This document shows, piece by piece, positions 29,783 to 43,507 of a stretch of DNA of 64,000 bases. Every line of letters starts with the position of its first letter. Position 1 is the first letter of the stretch. The notes beneath the pieces were generated by a model. That model did not search any database and had not been told where the DNA came from. It saw nothing but the letters and a program-made list of their open reading frames with translations. The translations under genes were made by a program, and so were the position numbers. Source of the DNA: Kudoa neothunni (taxonomy: Eukaryota; Animalia; Cnidaria); assembly GCA_964304625.1 (NCBI GenBank), contig OZ199839.1, positions 11,002,647 to 11,066,646 on the forward strand, written 5' to 3'.

Positions 29783-30776
29783 TCCTGTAATGGTCTTTGG
29801 GGTAAAATTTAACCCATTTTTTTGATTAAAAATATTTAAAAAATGTAAACTACTTCGAACTTAAATATAATAAAATTCCTATGAGTAGTTTTTGTAGAAA
29901 GTAAGGAAATGTTAAATAAATTAATTAAAACGCATGCACGAATTATATGGAGATGTGTGATTCTAATGATTTCATTGATGAATTTTGTTTATCAGAGAAT
30001 GAACATTGTGTTGTTGACAAAAATGTCTTCTTATAGATGCTTCTTGCTGAAAAATTTATGGAAAAATTTACCATAGAGATATTACGTTAAAAACTAGATA
30101 CCACCATGCCTCGAATCATCACCGAATAGAACCCCGTTGTGGTAGCATTTTTTGTATTCCGTGAAAAATATCTTTTGGTATCTTATGTTCTCAATAATTC
30201 AAAATCGTGAGTTTCTTAACGATATCGTTGAACAATTAAACAAAACATTGTTGACAACAAATTCCACGAACAAAACAATAAAAAACAGGTCTCGGCATTA
30301 TTTATGCTCCCCAATAGGAACCTCTTCTTAATGTAAAGCGGAGCAACATGTGGATACAACGAGAGGAAAAATGATAAAAAATTGTCTAAATAGTGCGAAA
30401 ATTGTTATAAGTTTTATTGTCCAATTCACCGCATTTAAAACGGTTTTAACTTCGCATAACTGTCAATAATCCTTTTGATGTTTTGTTTTAATATTTCAAC
30501 TGTCACAGCATGTTTAATTCCGCTGAATTAACCCAATTACTTTATAATGAAACATCGATGTGTACCGACATAAGACGGATCGTAAACTAAGCCGATTTTC
30601 GCGGGGATTACGTCAAAATTTAATATGCATTTTCCAGTGTTTCATCCATAGGAGTTAAAAATTATTCTACAATATTGATTATTAGAATTTTAAAATGTTA
30701 TAATTCAAAAAAACGTGGGGTAAAATTTACCCCAAAATCCATTACATGGTCTTTTTTTGGATCATTAGAGAGTTAG
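29783..30776 (+). mobile_element. Internally deleted piggyBac-like element
   Basis: Palindromic subterminal motif ggggtaaaattt(a)accc at both ends. Remnants of the post-DDD and Cys-rich tail region (about 30090-30400). Confidence 0.55.
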
Positions 30777-32091
30777 AATATTATGTATTACAATTATTCA
30801 TAATTTAGGATTGTATAGGATTTTAGAAATACATTAACTAATATATTTTAACCAATATTTCTTAGGCTTTAGAATAAATCAAGATAATCGGGCTGTAGGT
30901 AGAAGCTGTTTGAGTTAACCCTCCCGGGATGAAGGGGGTGCGTTATTCATCCCAATTTGTGTATTTTTAAACGTTAACTATCCACCTTATATTCAGTGAA
31001 ATCTCTCCATATGATTCAATGTTTTATTTAAAAAATTCAAATTATTCAGTTTGAATGAAATTGACTTAACATTACTCTTTTAAAAAGATGTAGACTATCT
31101 TCAGTTTGAAATATCATTAATGACAATATGCAATGATTATTATACGATGTAAAATTAATTTTCACATTAAGAAGATTCAACAAATTAAAAATAAAATTTC
31201 TAAGAACCTTAAGAAATTCTACTTTTAACTTCCGCCGACAGATTCCGTGGACAATGAGATTACTTTGGGGTTAATTTGAGATACACACGGTTGATAATTT
31301 TGTTATTTGGGTTTTGTGGGAAAATTTTTCAGTCTTTAATTTTTGATATTTTTGGACAAAGAAATGAAGTTAAAAATTCAATTCCTCCCGCCATCGGTAA
31401 TAATGGGGTCACGTTACAAAACATATAAACTCAATAAAATCTAGTTTACTTTAATAAGACGTAATTCATACAAAATATATCAATTAAAAAATATAACATT
31501 TTTTATTTTAAATGTTAAAAATTATAAAATAAAGTTCATCTTTAAATTTATAAATTATATATAAACGTGTATTTTTAATGGTAATATAGATATTATTGAT
31601 TAATTATAGATTATATTTATTATTTTTTTAAACCAAATGATAGATATAACGTTATGAAACCTACAATCGATTAAATTTTACAGATAAATAGTAAATATTT
31701 TTAATATTTCACAACATATCCTTTTTAAAGGAATTTATGAACTACAACAATTAGTCGATTCATGATTTTTGTATCTTAATATAACTTTTAATAATTTTTA
31801 GACGGATAAATATCACCTATCGTGCCATTTCTTTTTTAATTATACCCTAATGAGCCTAGTTAATGTAATAATCTGTCTTTAACATAATTTTTGGGAAATT
31901 TTTCTAATTGATACAAAAATATAAATTATTTGATAAATATGTGTATAATCATTCTAAAATTAATAGGTTAACACTTAACACTAATTAAAATAAACTTAAC
32001 AATGCCCTAATTTACTATAGATATTTATTCATTGAGGATTGGAAAAAGATATAATTTATAAATTTTAGCAATAAAACAAAATCTAAAAAAT

Positions 32092-32337
32092 CTAAATATG
32101 TTTAATTGTATCTAAAAGTTTAGAAAGAACACGTTTCCTGTGGGATCTTTTAAATATCCATTCGGTAATTAGGAAGCGATCATTTCCGCTTAAAAGTGCT
32201 CCACAGTCCCTCAATTCGATTGGTGTGGACTCCTGTCGTGTAGACGAGACAAACTCTCTATCATGAATTACTGTCTCATGACCGTATTCATAACCTAGCT
32301 CAGTGAGTGAACTATAGGTAGGCCATCCATCCATCCA

Positions 32338-32375
<38 letters not shown>

Positions 32376-33065
32376 ACAGATTTCCTCTCAACATAAGTGT
32401 TAATAATATTTTCAAGAGTGGGAGTGTCTCTCTTTTCGGTTTCCACCATAAAGACTCCTCCAGCCTCATCCACACCACCAACTATCCATAGACTTTGGTT
32501 TTGTAGGATTCTGCCAACTCCAAACTTCCTCTTGCAGATTTGATTTTCGTCTGTTTGGACTTTCACGCCAGGATCACCAACTTTGTTTGGGTTACGAATG
32601 AAATGACTCAAACAAATTCCACATGTAGAATTTTCCCAATCCGCAATAGTGGTGGAAGAATTAATACGGCATTCTTACATTAAGAAGGATTGTTCCGTCA
32701 CTCCCACGGTCCAAAAGTATAAAATCCTTAAAATTTGATACAGAGAAAGTTGGACTTGGTAGAAAAACGCGATCTTTCGTAAAGAGCATTCCTTCCTGCA
32801 CGACTTGAAACAGCAGCGGAAACTGTAGCCATCAGCAGTATTGTTCCTTGGAGAAAGCTCCATTTGACTTCCACTGGAGCAAACCATTGATGTTGATAGC
32901 AAGTCAAGTTGTTGGAAAAAATAATTAAATCTTTATGATGATCCTTGGAGAAACACGTCTTCAAAATTTAGGTTATCTAACTTTTCGTAAGTGAAAATTG
33001 CAGGACGCAAGCATAATCCGGAAAACGCGAACAACTGGAAACCTGATTATTACCGATGATAGGCA
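32092..33065 (-). mobile_element. Merlin transposase pseudogene
   Basis: Zn-ribbon MVCSSG..C.FKSCRKECSLR, VGDPGVKVQTDE..KRKFGVGR..WIVGGVD, DGW..Y, HETVIH, GVHTNRIEGLW. Interrupted by a microsatellite at about 32325-32375. Confidence 0.9.
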
Positions 33066-33386
33066 ACAGGCGAGCGCCGAAGGGGAGGAACTGAACTTTA
33101 ACCCAAATTACGAATTCTATCAATTAATTAAATTGTCGTGGCAGTTATACGAATGAGGGATTGTGTGCATCTGGAATGTACAAGCAGTGTCGATTTTACA
33201 CCAGTAAAGTTTTCACAAAAACGCAAACTCATATATGCACAGATATTACAAATGAGATTATATTTAAGTGAATTACAAATGTATAATCGCACTGAGCGCT
33301 CAACTCCATCACAAATATTTAATTAAAAGTCAACTTAATAAAATTTGTATGAATAAAGAAACAAAAAATAGGTTTACACATTGGTG

Positions 33387-33452
33387 AAATCAGTTTTGTA
33401 ATATCTTAGTTATTCTAGGAGATATCCTTTACCGTAAGAATAGCCAATACCT
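33387..33452 (+). repeat. Dispersed repeat (Helitron-like family), copy
   Basis: aaatcagttttgtaatatcttag..ttaccgtaagaatagcca.tacc also occurs at 46727-46792 (+) and about 45578-45642 (-). Confidence 0.75.
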
Positions 33453-33884
33453 TTCAGTATAATTGCGTAAATTTGACGGCCGAATTTAATATAAAAATAA
33501 TGTTCATGATGAAACTATTTTTGTCACTGATTATGAAATAAAGTCATTCTTGGAGTTATATCTATAAGTTACGCTTGTAGACACAATATAAATAAATCTC
33601 TTCAACTCAACTCAAAGAAATTCAATTAATTTGTATTATTAATTCTAATAATTGTGGGGCTACCCTAAATTTATCCGACTGGAAGGATTTTTCACGGTCC
33701 AGATGTATTAAAAGCGTCCGTACATTCTATAAAGAGACCAAGGTACCTGAGTTAAAAAAAATTTTGCGATATTTTAAGTTTAATCGTTCTAAATGTTAAT
33801 GATATTTTAAATACACTTGTTACAGATAAGACTGAGAAGCTCAAAAATTAAGAAACATATCTCAGTCTGTAGAAGAAACAATAA

Positions 33885-34431
33885 TCATAATTTTTGTTCA
33901 ATAAAAGGAACAAATTTCTTCCAATTAAGGCGATAATGATAGATATCAATTTCAGGTAGTGTGGGAATGCCCAACTCTTTCAATTTGGGATCAACCGCAT
34001 CCATAAGTTCTACCCAGTAGATGGGATCGAATCTGGAGACAAATTTGCATAGTTCCATAATTCGTATAGCTAGCACCAAATCATCAAACTCTCGGCATCT
34101 GTCCATGAATATATTGAACAGTTCAGCATCTGGAAAGTAGTCCCATTTGAAAAACTCGTGTATATAATGATGCATTTCATTAGCATTGAGATTGGCGTTT
34201 CTAAATTGTGTTAAAACATTATATGAAAACAGCTACCTGAAAAAATCCTTGAATTTTTCATCAGCTTCAGGTATTGTGTAATGTTGCCCGAAATCTATGT
34301 GGCGTGCAGTTGACACTATCATCATTTTAATCGTGTAGAAAACAAAATTAATACAAACTTTTAACTGCATTAACCGCTAACGGATAAAAACTTTTAGAGA
34401 GCCCTAAAACTCTCGCTGATAATGGAAGCAT
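33885..34431 (-). CDS. COX5A: Cytochrome c oxidase subunit 5A, 3 exons
   Basis: Presequence-like MLPLSARVLGLSKS, then DEKFKDFF, then DYFPDAEL..CREFDDL..AIRIME..K..PKLKELGIPTLPE. This matches COX5A DLVPEP..CRRLNDF..VRILE..PTLNELGI.T.EE. A 36-nt intron lies at 34201-34236. Confidence 0.82.
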
Positions 34432-34689
34432 ATTTTGGACGAGCGATAGCGGCTTTAGGCGATATTTAAAATTAGTGCGCGGCCACATTAAAGTTTCCTT
34501 AAAATAACCTAACAACACTCCGAGTTAAGACTAATAAATAAGATTTTGAGTATGTAGATTTTTAGCTGATTGTACAGCCCTTACTACATGGATAGCTTTA
34601 TCTTACGAAAAAAATAAAATGATCAATTAGCAGCTAATTTTGTAATCAATAAAAAACACACAGGCTCATTTTTAAAACAAATTAATTGT

Positions 34690-35000
34690 TATAATATAAA
34701 ATTCCAATAATATTGCGTTTGTATCGTTAGACAAGGTATTTTCCAAGTTCTTTCCACGCCTAAATGCATCCAACAATAATAACAGTCGTCTCCTATCTAG
34801 AACATACGCAATAATCTCTGCAAGTGTAGTACCGAAGAAGCTCTTCAGTGCAATTTTCAGAAAATCTGTTTCCATTTAGAACTCTTCTTTGACACTTTTT
34901 CCAAAGGTCAAACAAGTTAACACATTCCACTTGTTTAGCGCAATCTTCTCTTAGTCTTATGAGTGGGTCAACAATGTCCTCTTCCTAAGTTTATATAGTC
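34690..35000 (-). mobile_element. Degraded MULE transposase fragment
   Basis: agacgactgttattattgttggatgcatttaggcgtggaaagaacttg resembles a frameshifted RLLLCxWH..AWKKNL. Confidence 0.35.
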
Positions 35001-37371
35001 CTTTTGGAGTTTACTTTCGATAAAATACCTCTTCGCATCTTACAGTTGTCCTTGAACTCATGTATATTTTAAAAAACGAGAGCACCATTTTGAATTATAA
35101 TCTCACCCTACGCGCATGCTCATGCAGGAACTTTCTAGGCATGTTGGATGAAGTATTCTTCGTTTTGTAGATTATCTATTACATAATTATATTTGGCTTG
35201 TTATTTTTATGAAAATTTTATATTCATAAAATAAAAATTGGCGATTTTTTTTATATTTTATTATGATAATCGACTTCTTTACCCTAACTATTTGAATTCA
35301 ACCACATTTTAAGATAAGACCTAATTGAGCTATAATTGAGCTTTATTAAAACAGTTATAGAAAATAAAAATATCTCCAATTTACTATAATAATAATAATA
35401 ATTAATAATAATATTGCGGGCGATAAATAATACCAATATGTAATTCATAAAATTTAAAATCAATTTTTCGAGACACTATTTTTTAAACGATTTTCAAGAT
35501 AGAATTTATCCGTCGACAAATATTTTAATTTTATAATAAACATATTACGTTAAGTTCTTAAAAATGTATATACTAAATTTTTGTTTGTTTTTTAGTATTT
35601 ATTAAAATGATTGTGGTTTTCGATTGAAACTTTAAATAGGTTAATTTTTTGGGTATTACAAAACTGACCAAATACAAAAATTTACATTAAAAAAATTGTT
35701 TTTGAATAAAAAAGTCAAAGTTTGTAATTATGGTAGATCTTTCCAGAGTAATATGTTATGTTGATCAGTGTTTACCAACCTTTTTTCTATCGCGCCCACT
35801 TCTCTCCTAAAGAAAAGTTCTGTTCCCAAACTCTTTTAAAAGTATTGGTTTTCTTACATAAACTGTTGATAATTTTTAATAAAACTCCACATCACGTTAA
35901 AACAGAGCTTCCCGATTCATTTTAATTTCCAGACCCCCTACCACTTACGAGGACAACTCCGCACCTCCTCTCAAAAAAGGGATTTAAAATGGAATTATTT
36001 TTTAGGTGGAGAAAATATTTTTATTAAAATAATAGTAAAAATAAAAAACCCCCCTATTTTAACAAGAAAAAAAATGTTGATAAAATAAATCTGTTGAAAT
36101 TTTTTTTGTCTTTTTTGGACAATAATTTGGTCAAAATGGGACTCTTTATCAGATAAAATTATGACTAAATCATAATTTATAAAGGTACAAGATATGTTAA
36201 TGTTTTTGTGCAAAATAACAAATGTGAATAATTGAGCTTACGCGAAATTTTGGATTTTGTAGTTTTGATGTTTAATTATAAATTTAAAAATTGAATGAGG
36301 AAATTAAATATGTGACCCAATCTCGAATGCATAGTTTTAATTTAAAGAATTTTTGGGTGCAAACTGACTTTAATTTAAAGTATGAAAATTTTTAATAATT
36401 TAACAAAAAAATCTAAATCATGTAACCTTGACACTAATTACAATTCAATTTTTACTTGTCATATAGTTTAATAAAAATTATAAATAATACAATTTTTAAT
36501 AATTCATCCATTTTAAAAACTAATATATATCGTTTATCTTTCCCATTAAAAAGTAAATACTTCATAATTTGTAATATCGTTCCATTTAAAATTTAAACTA
36601 AATAATTTATTTACGAATAATAGAGGAATAAGTTATCATTCTTATTTCAAATACTGATAAATAGTAAATAATAGATTGAAAGCATAAATTAATCTTCAGT
36701 CAAATTCATCAGGTGATTATTTATTTAACAGGCTTATCCACAAGGCGCGAAAGTGCTCATTTAAACAAGTTATGCTTTATATTAAAATACTACAAATAAA
36801 AGCACGTTTGAACCAGTAAAGTGCGATAGTAAACAAATTTAAAGGGTAAATAAAGCACTAATTTAAATAATCAACAGGATAACCTCATTTATTTTCCACT
36901 TATTAAACAATACTATACATAATAAATAATTTTATCATAAATATAGCAAAAACATTTTATTTTTAATTTTCTAAGTGAGTATAGTGGTGTCCATTGGGAC
37001 CCTCTTACATTTGGATGAAGTCTGAATTAGTGTTATTTAGAAGAATAGAGAAAAATATCTAATTATCAAAGATTATTACTATTACTACTTATTAAAACAT
37101 AATTGACAACAGTTCACAGATACCCGATTTTGAATGGTGGGCTGGTTCACATTTTCGATTCATATTATAATCAGGGAAAACGCAATAAGCACAATAATAC
37201 AGGTAGATAACGCAGGAAGATGAGATTACTCAAAACCCCCAATTTCTATCTTAACCTTAACAAATCAACTTTCAAATATTTATTAGCTATCATGAAATAA
37301 CCTTTAGACAAGCTCAATAAATGTACAAAAAACTCAAGAACATCAAAATTAAGACGGTATAAAATAAATAG

Positions 37372-37409
37372 TTGATAGATAGATGGATGGATGGATGGAT
37401 GGATGGATA
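37372..37409. repeat. (GATA)n(GATG)n microsatellite
   Basis: Directly visible, just downstream of the ATP6AP2 stop. Confidence 0.9.
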
Positions 37410-37461
37410 TTTAAGAGATGACTAAAAACTTTTGCAATGAGTACGATGAGGGTGATAAGAA

Positions 37462-38984
37462 TTAGTCAATTTTTGGCCTCTCCTTGACCAGAGGTCGATA
37501 AAGAAGTGGATCTCTGGTTGATCCCATGTTTACAAGGGCAAAAACCGTGAACAACACAATAATAAGTATCACCAACAGTGAACCACCCATCATCAATGTT
37601 CTAGAAGCATAGTTGGAGTTGTATGCCAAGTAGGTTTTTAGGTTGACATTTTGGGCCTAAATTCATCAGAAAAGGTGTCAATTGGAAACGAATATAAACA
37701 TAGATACATCAATTTTGATTAATGGGCTGAATTTTTCCACACCCTCAACCATACTTCGAGCAACATTGCTAGATGTTCCATCGTTACAAAAAAGCTTTGT
37801 CTAATGGAGGCAATCAAACAGAGTTTAAATAAATAATCAACTTGTAGCGAATTCGTGTTGACCAAGTCGGAACACTTGGTGGAAAAATCTCTATCATTGT
37901 CCTACATAATTTAGATATTAAGAATTAACAACCAATTAATTACTGGTGTCTCCTTAGTTGTGTAAATACAGGGATAACAAAACACAGTGCTTTGATCAAA
38001 GTTTGAACTGTAAATCTGTTTCAAATAGTCCATATTTTGTCTGTAAGTAAAATTTCACTCATATTAAATAGAAATAACAAAATTGATGACGTACGGTGGA
38101 GTATAAATATTAACTAACAACAGATATCGATCTCCAAATTTGGTTTGAAGTAAATCGCTGATTTCATTCATATCAACGTCATCTGTACATATCACCGGTA
38201 TCTCATGAACCCGAAGTACAGAAGGATCCTACAGCAGGAGACAATATTAAATGAATAACAGTTGAAATAATTACTTTAATTTCAACATCTTGTAAGTTCT
38301 TTTTGAAATCCTACCCAAAAGAAAATAATATATTTTTAAACAATTATATTATCCACCAATAATATATACATTATAGTGGAAAAAGGAGTATTTCAAGATG
38401 TTGGCCACATCATGGTAGTTGTCATCTTCAAGAATGAATTGTGTATTCTTCACTAGATCTAAATTGGAATTAAACTAACTATTCTATTCACAGTCACAAT
38501 GATCTCATGAGTTATCATCTTTACGTTTAGGTTCTTTCATAATGTGAATAACAACAATAGAGTTGATTTGGTCGAAAATCGAATTAGTAATAAGTGATGG
38601 TGGATTGTGCCTCTATGCACAAATTTAGATTTAACAACAACAACAACAACGAGAAACTCAATCACATCTATGTCAACATTGAGAATTGGCAAAATCAAAC
38701 GATTTAAAGAGGCCAGCGTGTTTTCTTTGAATGAAGGATTTTTTTGTAGAACTGGTGGTAAGTAATGAACGTAGAGTTGATTTGGCTGACGATTCTAGTA
38801 CAAAATTATTAAGTTACCCCACCCCAAATGTTCTAATACGTCTTCTGGCTGAAATTTTGCGTAGTGCACCACACAAAGAGAGGGAGGAAAAATCTGAAAA
38901 ACTATAACAAGAAGAAAATATTTTAATGTATCTGTCGTCATTGTTTATCTCACCACACAGTAGAACAATCAAATATAGTCTCAT
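37462..38984 (-). CDS. ATP6AP2: V-ATPase accessory protein 2 / (pro)renin receptor-like, about 12 small exons
   Basis: Signal peptide MRLYLIVLLC. The last exon NLKTYLAYNSNYASRTLMMGGSLLVILIIVLFTVFALVNMGSTRDPLLYRPLVKERPKID* matches the Renin_r C-terminus (NLAYxYN..TM..NMDPGxDSIIYR..K.D). Regular GT-AG introns of about 40-70 nt. Confidence 0.75.
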
Positions 38985-39284
38985 TTTATCCTAGCGTTTT
39001 TTCACTGCGTGCGCATTATTATTTTAATAATAATGTGTGTTAACAGATTCGATGTATATTTAAAAAAATTATTTACAGACCAAACCATTTTTTATTTAAC
39101 CTAAACGTATCCCGAAACCATTTCATTACGGCGAAACCTTGTTATGTTGAACTTGCGCTTGCGCACCAAAAATGATATTATTTATTTTTTACATTGTGTT
39201 TGTGTTTTCGTGAATTATTTGATATTATTTTATAAATTTTATTTAATGCGTGAATGAGAATAAAATTAATGGGGAAGAATTTTA

Positions 39285-41862
39285 GGTAATGGTAAAGAAG
39301 ACCGCTACAAAATTTTAACCGCACAATTTTATTTATTTTCGCCGAGTCTTTCACAATAATTATTTTTACAATTTAAATGTTGGGCAAAGTCGTTCAACTC
39401 TCAAAAAATTTAATTATAAATATTAAGGGATCTTCGGATTAATCCTCCAGTTGTGTTATTTAAGTCTGTATTTCATTAAGATTTAAATTGTTACTTCCTA
39501 GTTGCACATTTTTCGTTGTCCATAATGAATCAGATATTCTTCCTCGTGATCAGGTGGAGTAATTCGCATAAATAGTATAAAATATGAGAGGTAATAAGGT
39601 AGGATGTGGGACCTCAAAAACACCCTTCTGCGCATAGTTTTTTTCGCCGATTCTTTCACGATTGTTTATAATAAAATAAATGAATATCGAGTGGGAGAAT
39701 TCAGATAATTATGATAACGTCCAATTTTGTTACAAAATTCTGAATACAACATCGGTCATCAGTGGGTGCACTGAAATTTTCGTTAAATTTCCAATAACCA
39801 ATGAAAATACACTTTATTTTGTATAGACTAACTTCTAAATTTATTATGCATCTTAGTAATATTTTTAGTAATTCTTCATTACATTTAAATAACAATGTAT
39901 AAAATATTTAAGCTAGTAGTTTATTAAATTTCCGGCGCGTTAGAGAATATGAGTTCTTCGAGGTTCTTTGTAAATGAGGATTTTTATTGATTTATAAACC
40001 TCCTCAATTTTTGAATATCTGTTTCCTTTTTCGTTTAGATGTAACAATTGCTACAATTTCAATTGTTTTCCCTCACCAATATGAATCTAAACCTTCAATG
40101 GTCAATGCGTAAAATAAAATCATATGAAAGGAATGCTGCAGATTATTCATTATGTTATTTTTGTCAAAATCAACTATTATATGTCTAAATACTAGTTTCA
40201 CAATTCGAAGCTGTAAAACTAGGGTGTCTCCTCGAAGTGGAACTTTTTTTGGGTTTGAATTTATTTCATCATATCCCAAACATAACAGCGGAGAAAATAT
40301 ATAAGATTATTTACAGCTGGAGCATGGATGAAACAATTTGATCCGTCTCCGAAAATACTGGTGTAGCCACAAAAACAGCAGGCTATGGTTTAAAAAATTA
40401 GGAATATTCGTGCCTCTAATTTTCATATATGTAAACCATTTGATGATAAAGAGAATTTCATTGAAATCGACAAAATAATCTTTCATGGAAAGCAGAAAAA
40501 TGATCGGGTCAGTGGCCGGTACATTAAATGAAATTTTTTGAAAACTATAATGTGCTAATTATTTATCATTTTAACAAATAAAATGTCGTAGTAACTGCTT
40601 TGTTTAAATAATTGTTATAACAATTTATTCTGAATAATGAATTAATATTAAGTTATAATATAATGTGTAACAAACTGGTAAATAGTACAATATTACAAAA
40701 ATTGTTAGTGCCAGCATAAACACTCATTTTGTGAACTACCAAAAGCACGTGACTATAAAAATGGATTAAGTGTATCTAGAACATATAAATTTTAACCTAA
40801 GATTACAAAAAAATAATTATATTTTAAAATAAAAGAAAATATCGGAAATAAAATTTAAAGACCATATGTATCCAATAGAATAAGTAACATATATAGTATA
40901 TGTTTGACAATATATTATTAAATTACAATTCATATTGCTCATTTATTTTGTATAAATACCTTTTATAAAAAATGATTCTTCAAAAATTAATTGTTACAAC
41001 ATTTTTTTTAGAATTATTAATTGTAATGAGGTTAGATGATTGCTTATATTGTCACTATAAAAATTACATGATAAAATTTGGATATAATGATTATAACTTT
41101 TATTGACTCAGATAAATTAACTCAAAAATTTCAAAAATTAAATTAAGTAATAATTGATCGTACTGTTATTTTGAAAAGTTCAAAGTCGATGTACAAAAAA
41201 ATAGAGATGATAGTTTAAAGTAAGGCATGTAAGGCTTAATTAAACGGCTGAGTCGTATAATTTTGAAATGATCCATTAATAAAAACATTACTAAGATGCA
41301 TAATAAATTTAGAAGTTAGTCTATACAAAATAAAGTGTATTTTCATTGGTTATTGGAAATTTAACGAAAATCTCAGTGCACCCACTGATGACCGATGTTG
41401 TATTCAGAATTTTGTAACAAAATTAGACGTTATCATAATTATCTGAATTCTCCCACTCGATATTCATTTATTTTATTATAAACAATCGTGAAAGAATCGG
41501 TGAAAAAAACTATGCGCAGAAGGGTGTTTTTGAGGTCCCACATCCTACCTTATTACCTCTCATATTTTCTACTATTTATGCGAATTACTCCACCTGATCA
41601 CGAGGAAGAATATCTGATTCATTATGGACAACGAAAAATGTGCAACTAGGAAGTAACAATTTAAATCTTAATGAAATACAGACTTAAATAACACAACTGG
41701 AGGATTAATCCGAAGATCCCTTAATATTTATAATTAAATTTTTTGAGAGTTGAACGACTTTGCCCAACATTTAAATTGTAAAAATAATTATTGTGAAAGA
41801 CTCGGCGAAAATAAATAAAATTGTGCGGTTAAAATTTTGTAGCGGTCTTCTTTAACATTACC
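39285..41862 (+). mobile_element. Merlin-derived element with about 580-bp terminal inverted repeats
   Basis: 39285-~39866 is the near-perfect reverse complement of ~41281-41862, with GGTAA termini. The internal remnant ENFIEIDKIIFHGKQKNDR (about 40450-40510) corresponds to Merlin VEIDE..GKRKYNRG. Confidence 0.85.
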
Positions 41863-42724
41863 TTGATTTTATATAAAGGTATTATAAAAATTTGTATGTT
41901 TTATATAAAGAGCAATACAGATGATTATCTAACTCTACGGCAAGTACAAAAAAGGTTAAACGTATCCTGAAATTGAACCTGGAATTTTGAGGTTTCAGTA
42001 AAATTAAAAAATATACACATAAAGTATTAAGTAAGTTTATTCTAAAAATGAATTTAAGAAGAAAATATGTTTTGATATGTATACTATAAGGACAGATTAA
42101 ACCATGTTGCCATTTGGCAACGTTCGGCCTTCGATTTAAGTGTGTTTATATATCTTTGGAATGAATTCTGATTAGACCGGGGATGAGGAATAAACAGATC
42201 ATATTTTTTAAAAAATCATATTATTATCAGGTAAACACAGATCAGACGTTGGACTGGAATCGGATTCCATTTTGTATAGTCAATATGATGATATTTTATC
42301 CGAATACAGTTCCAGTGATGGGGAGTAAGATGACTACCGTTTAAATTAGACAATGAACGCAAAAAATTAAATAAACAATGATATTGAAACAACTGTTATT
42401 TTTGAATAAGTTGAAGATATTATAATTGAATGTTTCACTTAGTTCAACCGATTCTTCAAAGATAAATTATTTGAATATAATTTGCATTAAGTTTAATGTC
42501 CATTTGTGTCTCAATAAAAACAGAAACTGCTTTTTGGACTATTCAGATTGTAATCAATAATTTAATATTTCATTTCTGATGATGGTGGTGGTGGAAGAGT
42601 AATTTCTTGTTTAAAAACAGACACATGCCCACTCCCGCATGTTGAAATAACTGCTCCAATTTTTCGATATTTTATGTATAATTATTTAAAATTTTTTTGA
42701 ATGAATTATGTTCAATTTACTATT

Positions 42725-42766
42725 CAGATGGACTCATGGAGCCCAAGGTCACCTATTAAGGGTTAA
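42725..42766 (-). mobile_element. piggyBac-type right end
   Basis: ggactcatggagcccaaggtcacctattaaggg-TTAA resembles the ends of the 9989-12380 element. The left end is unclear. Confidence 0.45.
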
Positions 42767-43507
42767 AAGGATATTTTATGTGCTTTAATATAATTTATTG
42801 GAGCTGGTTAATAACGTGAGGATTTAAGGAGAATCCCCATTTAAAATCAAAGTCTGTTACTTTTATCATTCATAAATCAAATCAAATTATTAAAAATTAA
42901 TATCTAAATAGAAAAATTTTATGTAATAAAGATTCTATGTTCATCCTAAAAAATTATTTCAAAATTGTTTGCTAAGGCTAAAAAATAATCGGGTAGGACT
43001 TTCATATATTTTGTGCCCAAAATATAAATTATGAAAATACTATATTTTAAAATCACTATTATTACTATTATGGACTGTTCTCAATTAAGAAATTCTATAT
43101 TATCCAATGCACACAACACTATAAATATTCACGTAAAACTCATTTAATAGTCATAAGGTAAATATTATTTTGCATTTTCTAAATTTATGATTTTGTTTTT
43201 ATCGGAATCGTTAAATTTTGATAATGGCCAAAATTAGAATTATGTTAATGAATTTATTTTCTTTCCGCATTAATGCTAAAGATTTATGGCTTTTTTGGAT
43301 TATTTGAGTTAGTTCGCAAATCATTTAATTAAATGCATTGAATTAATTATAAACAATTATTTACGAAAAGAATATGGTATGTATGTATATAACGATCATT
43401 GAATTCATTAGCCGATTACACTTATTTAAAGATTCATTCTATAATAGTGTTAAAATTATTTAAAGTTATTTGACAATTGTACGAATCGGAACGATAAAAT
43501 ATTGAAA

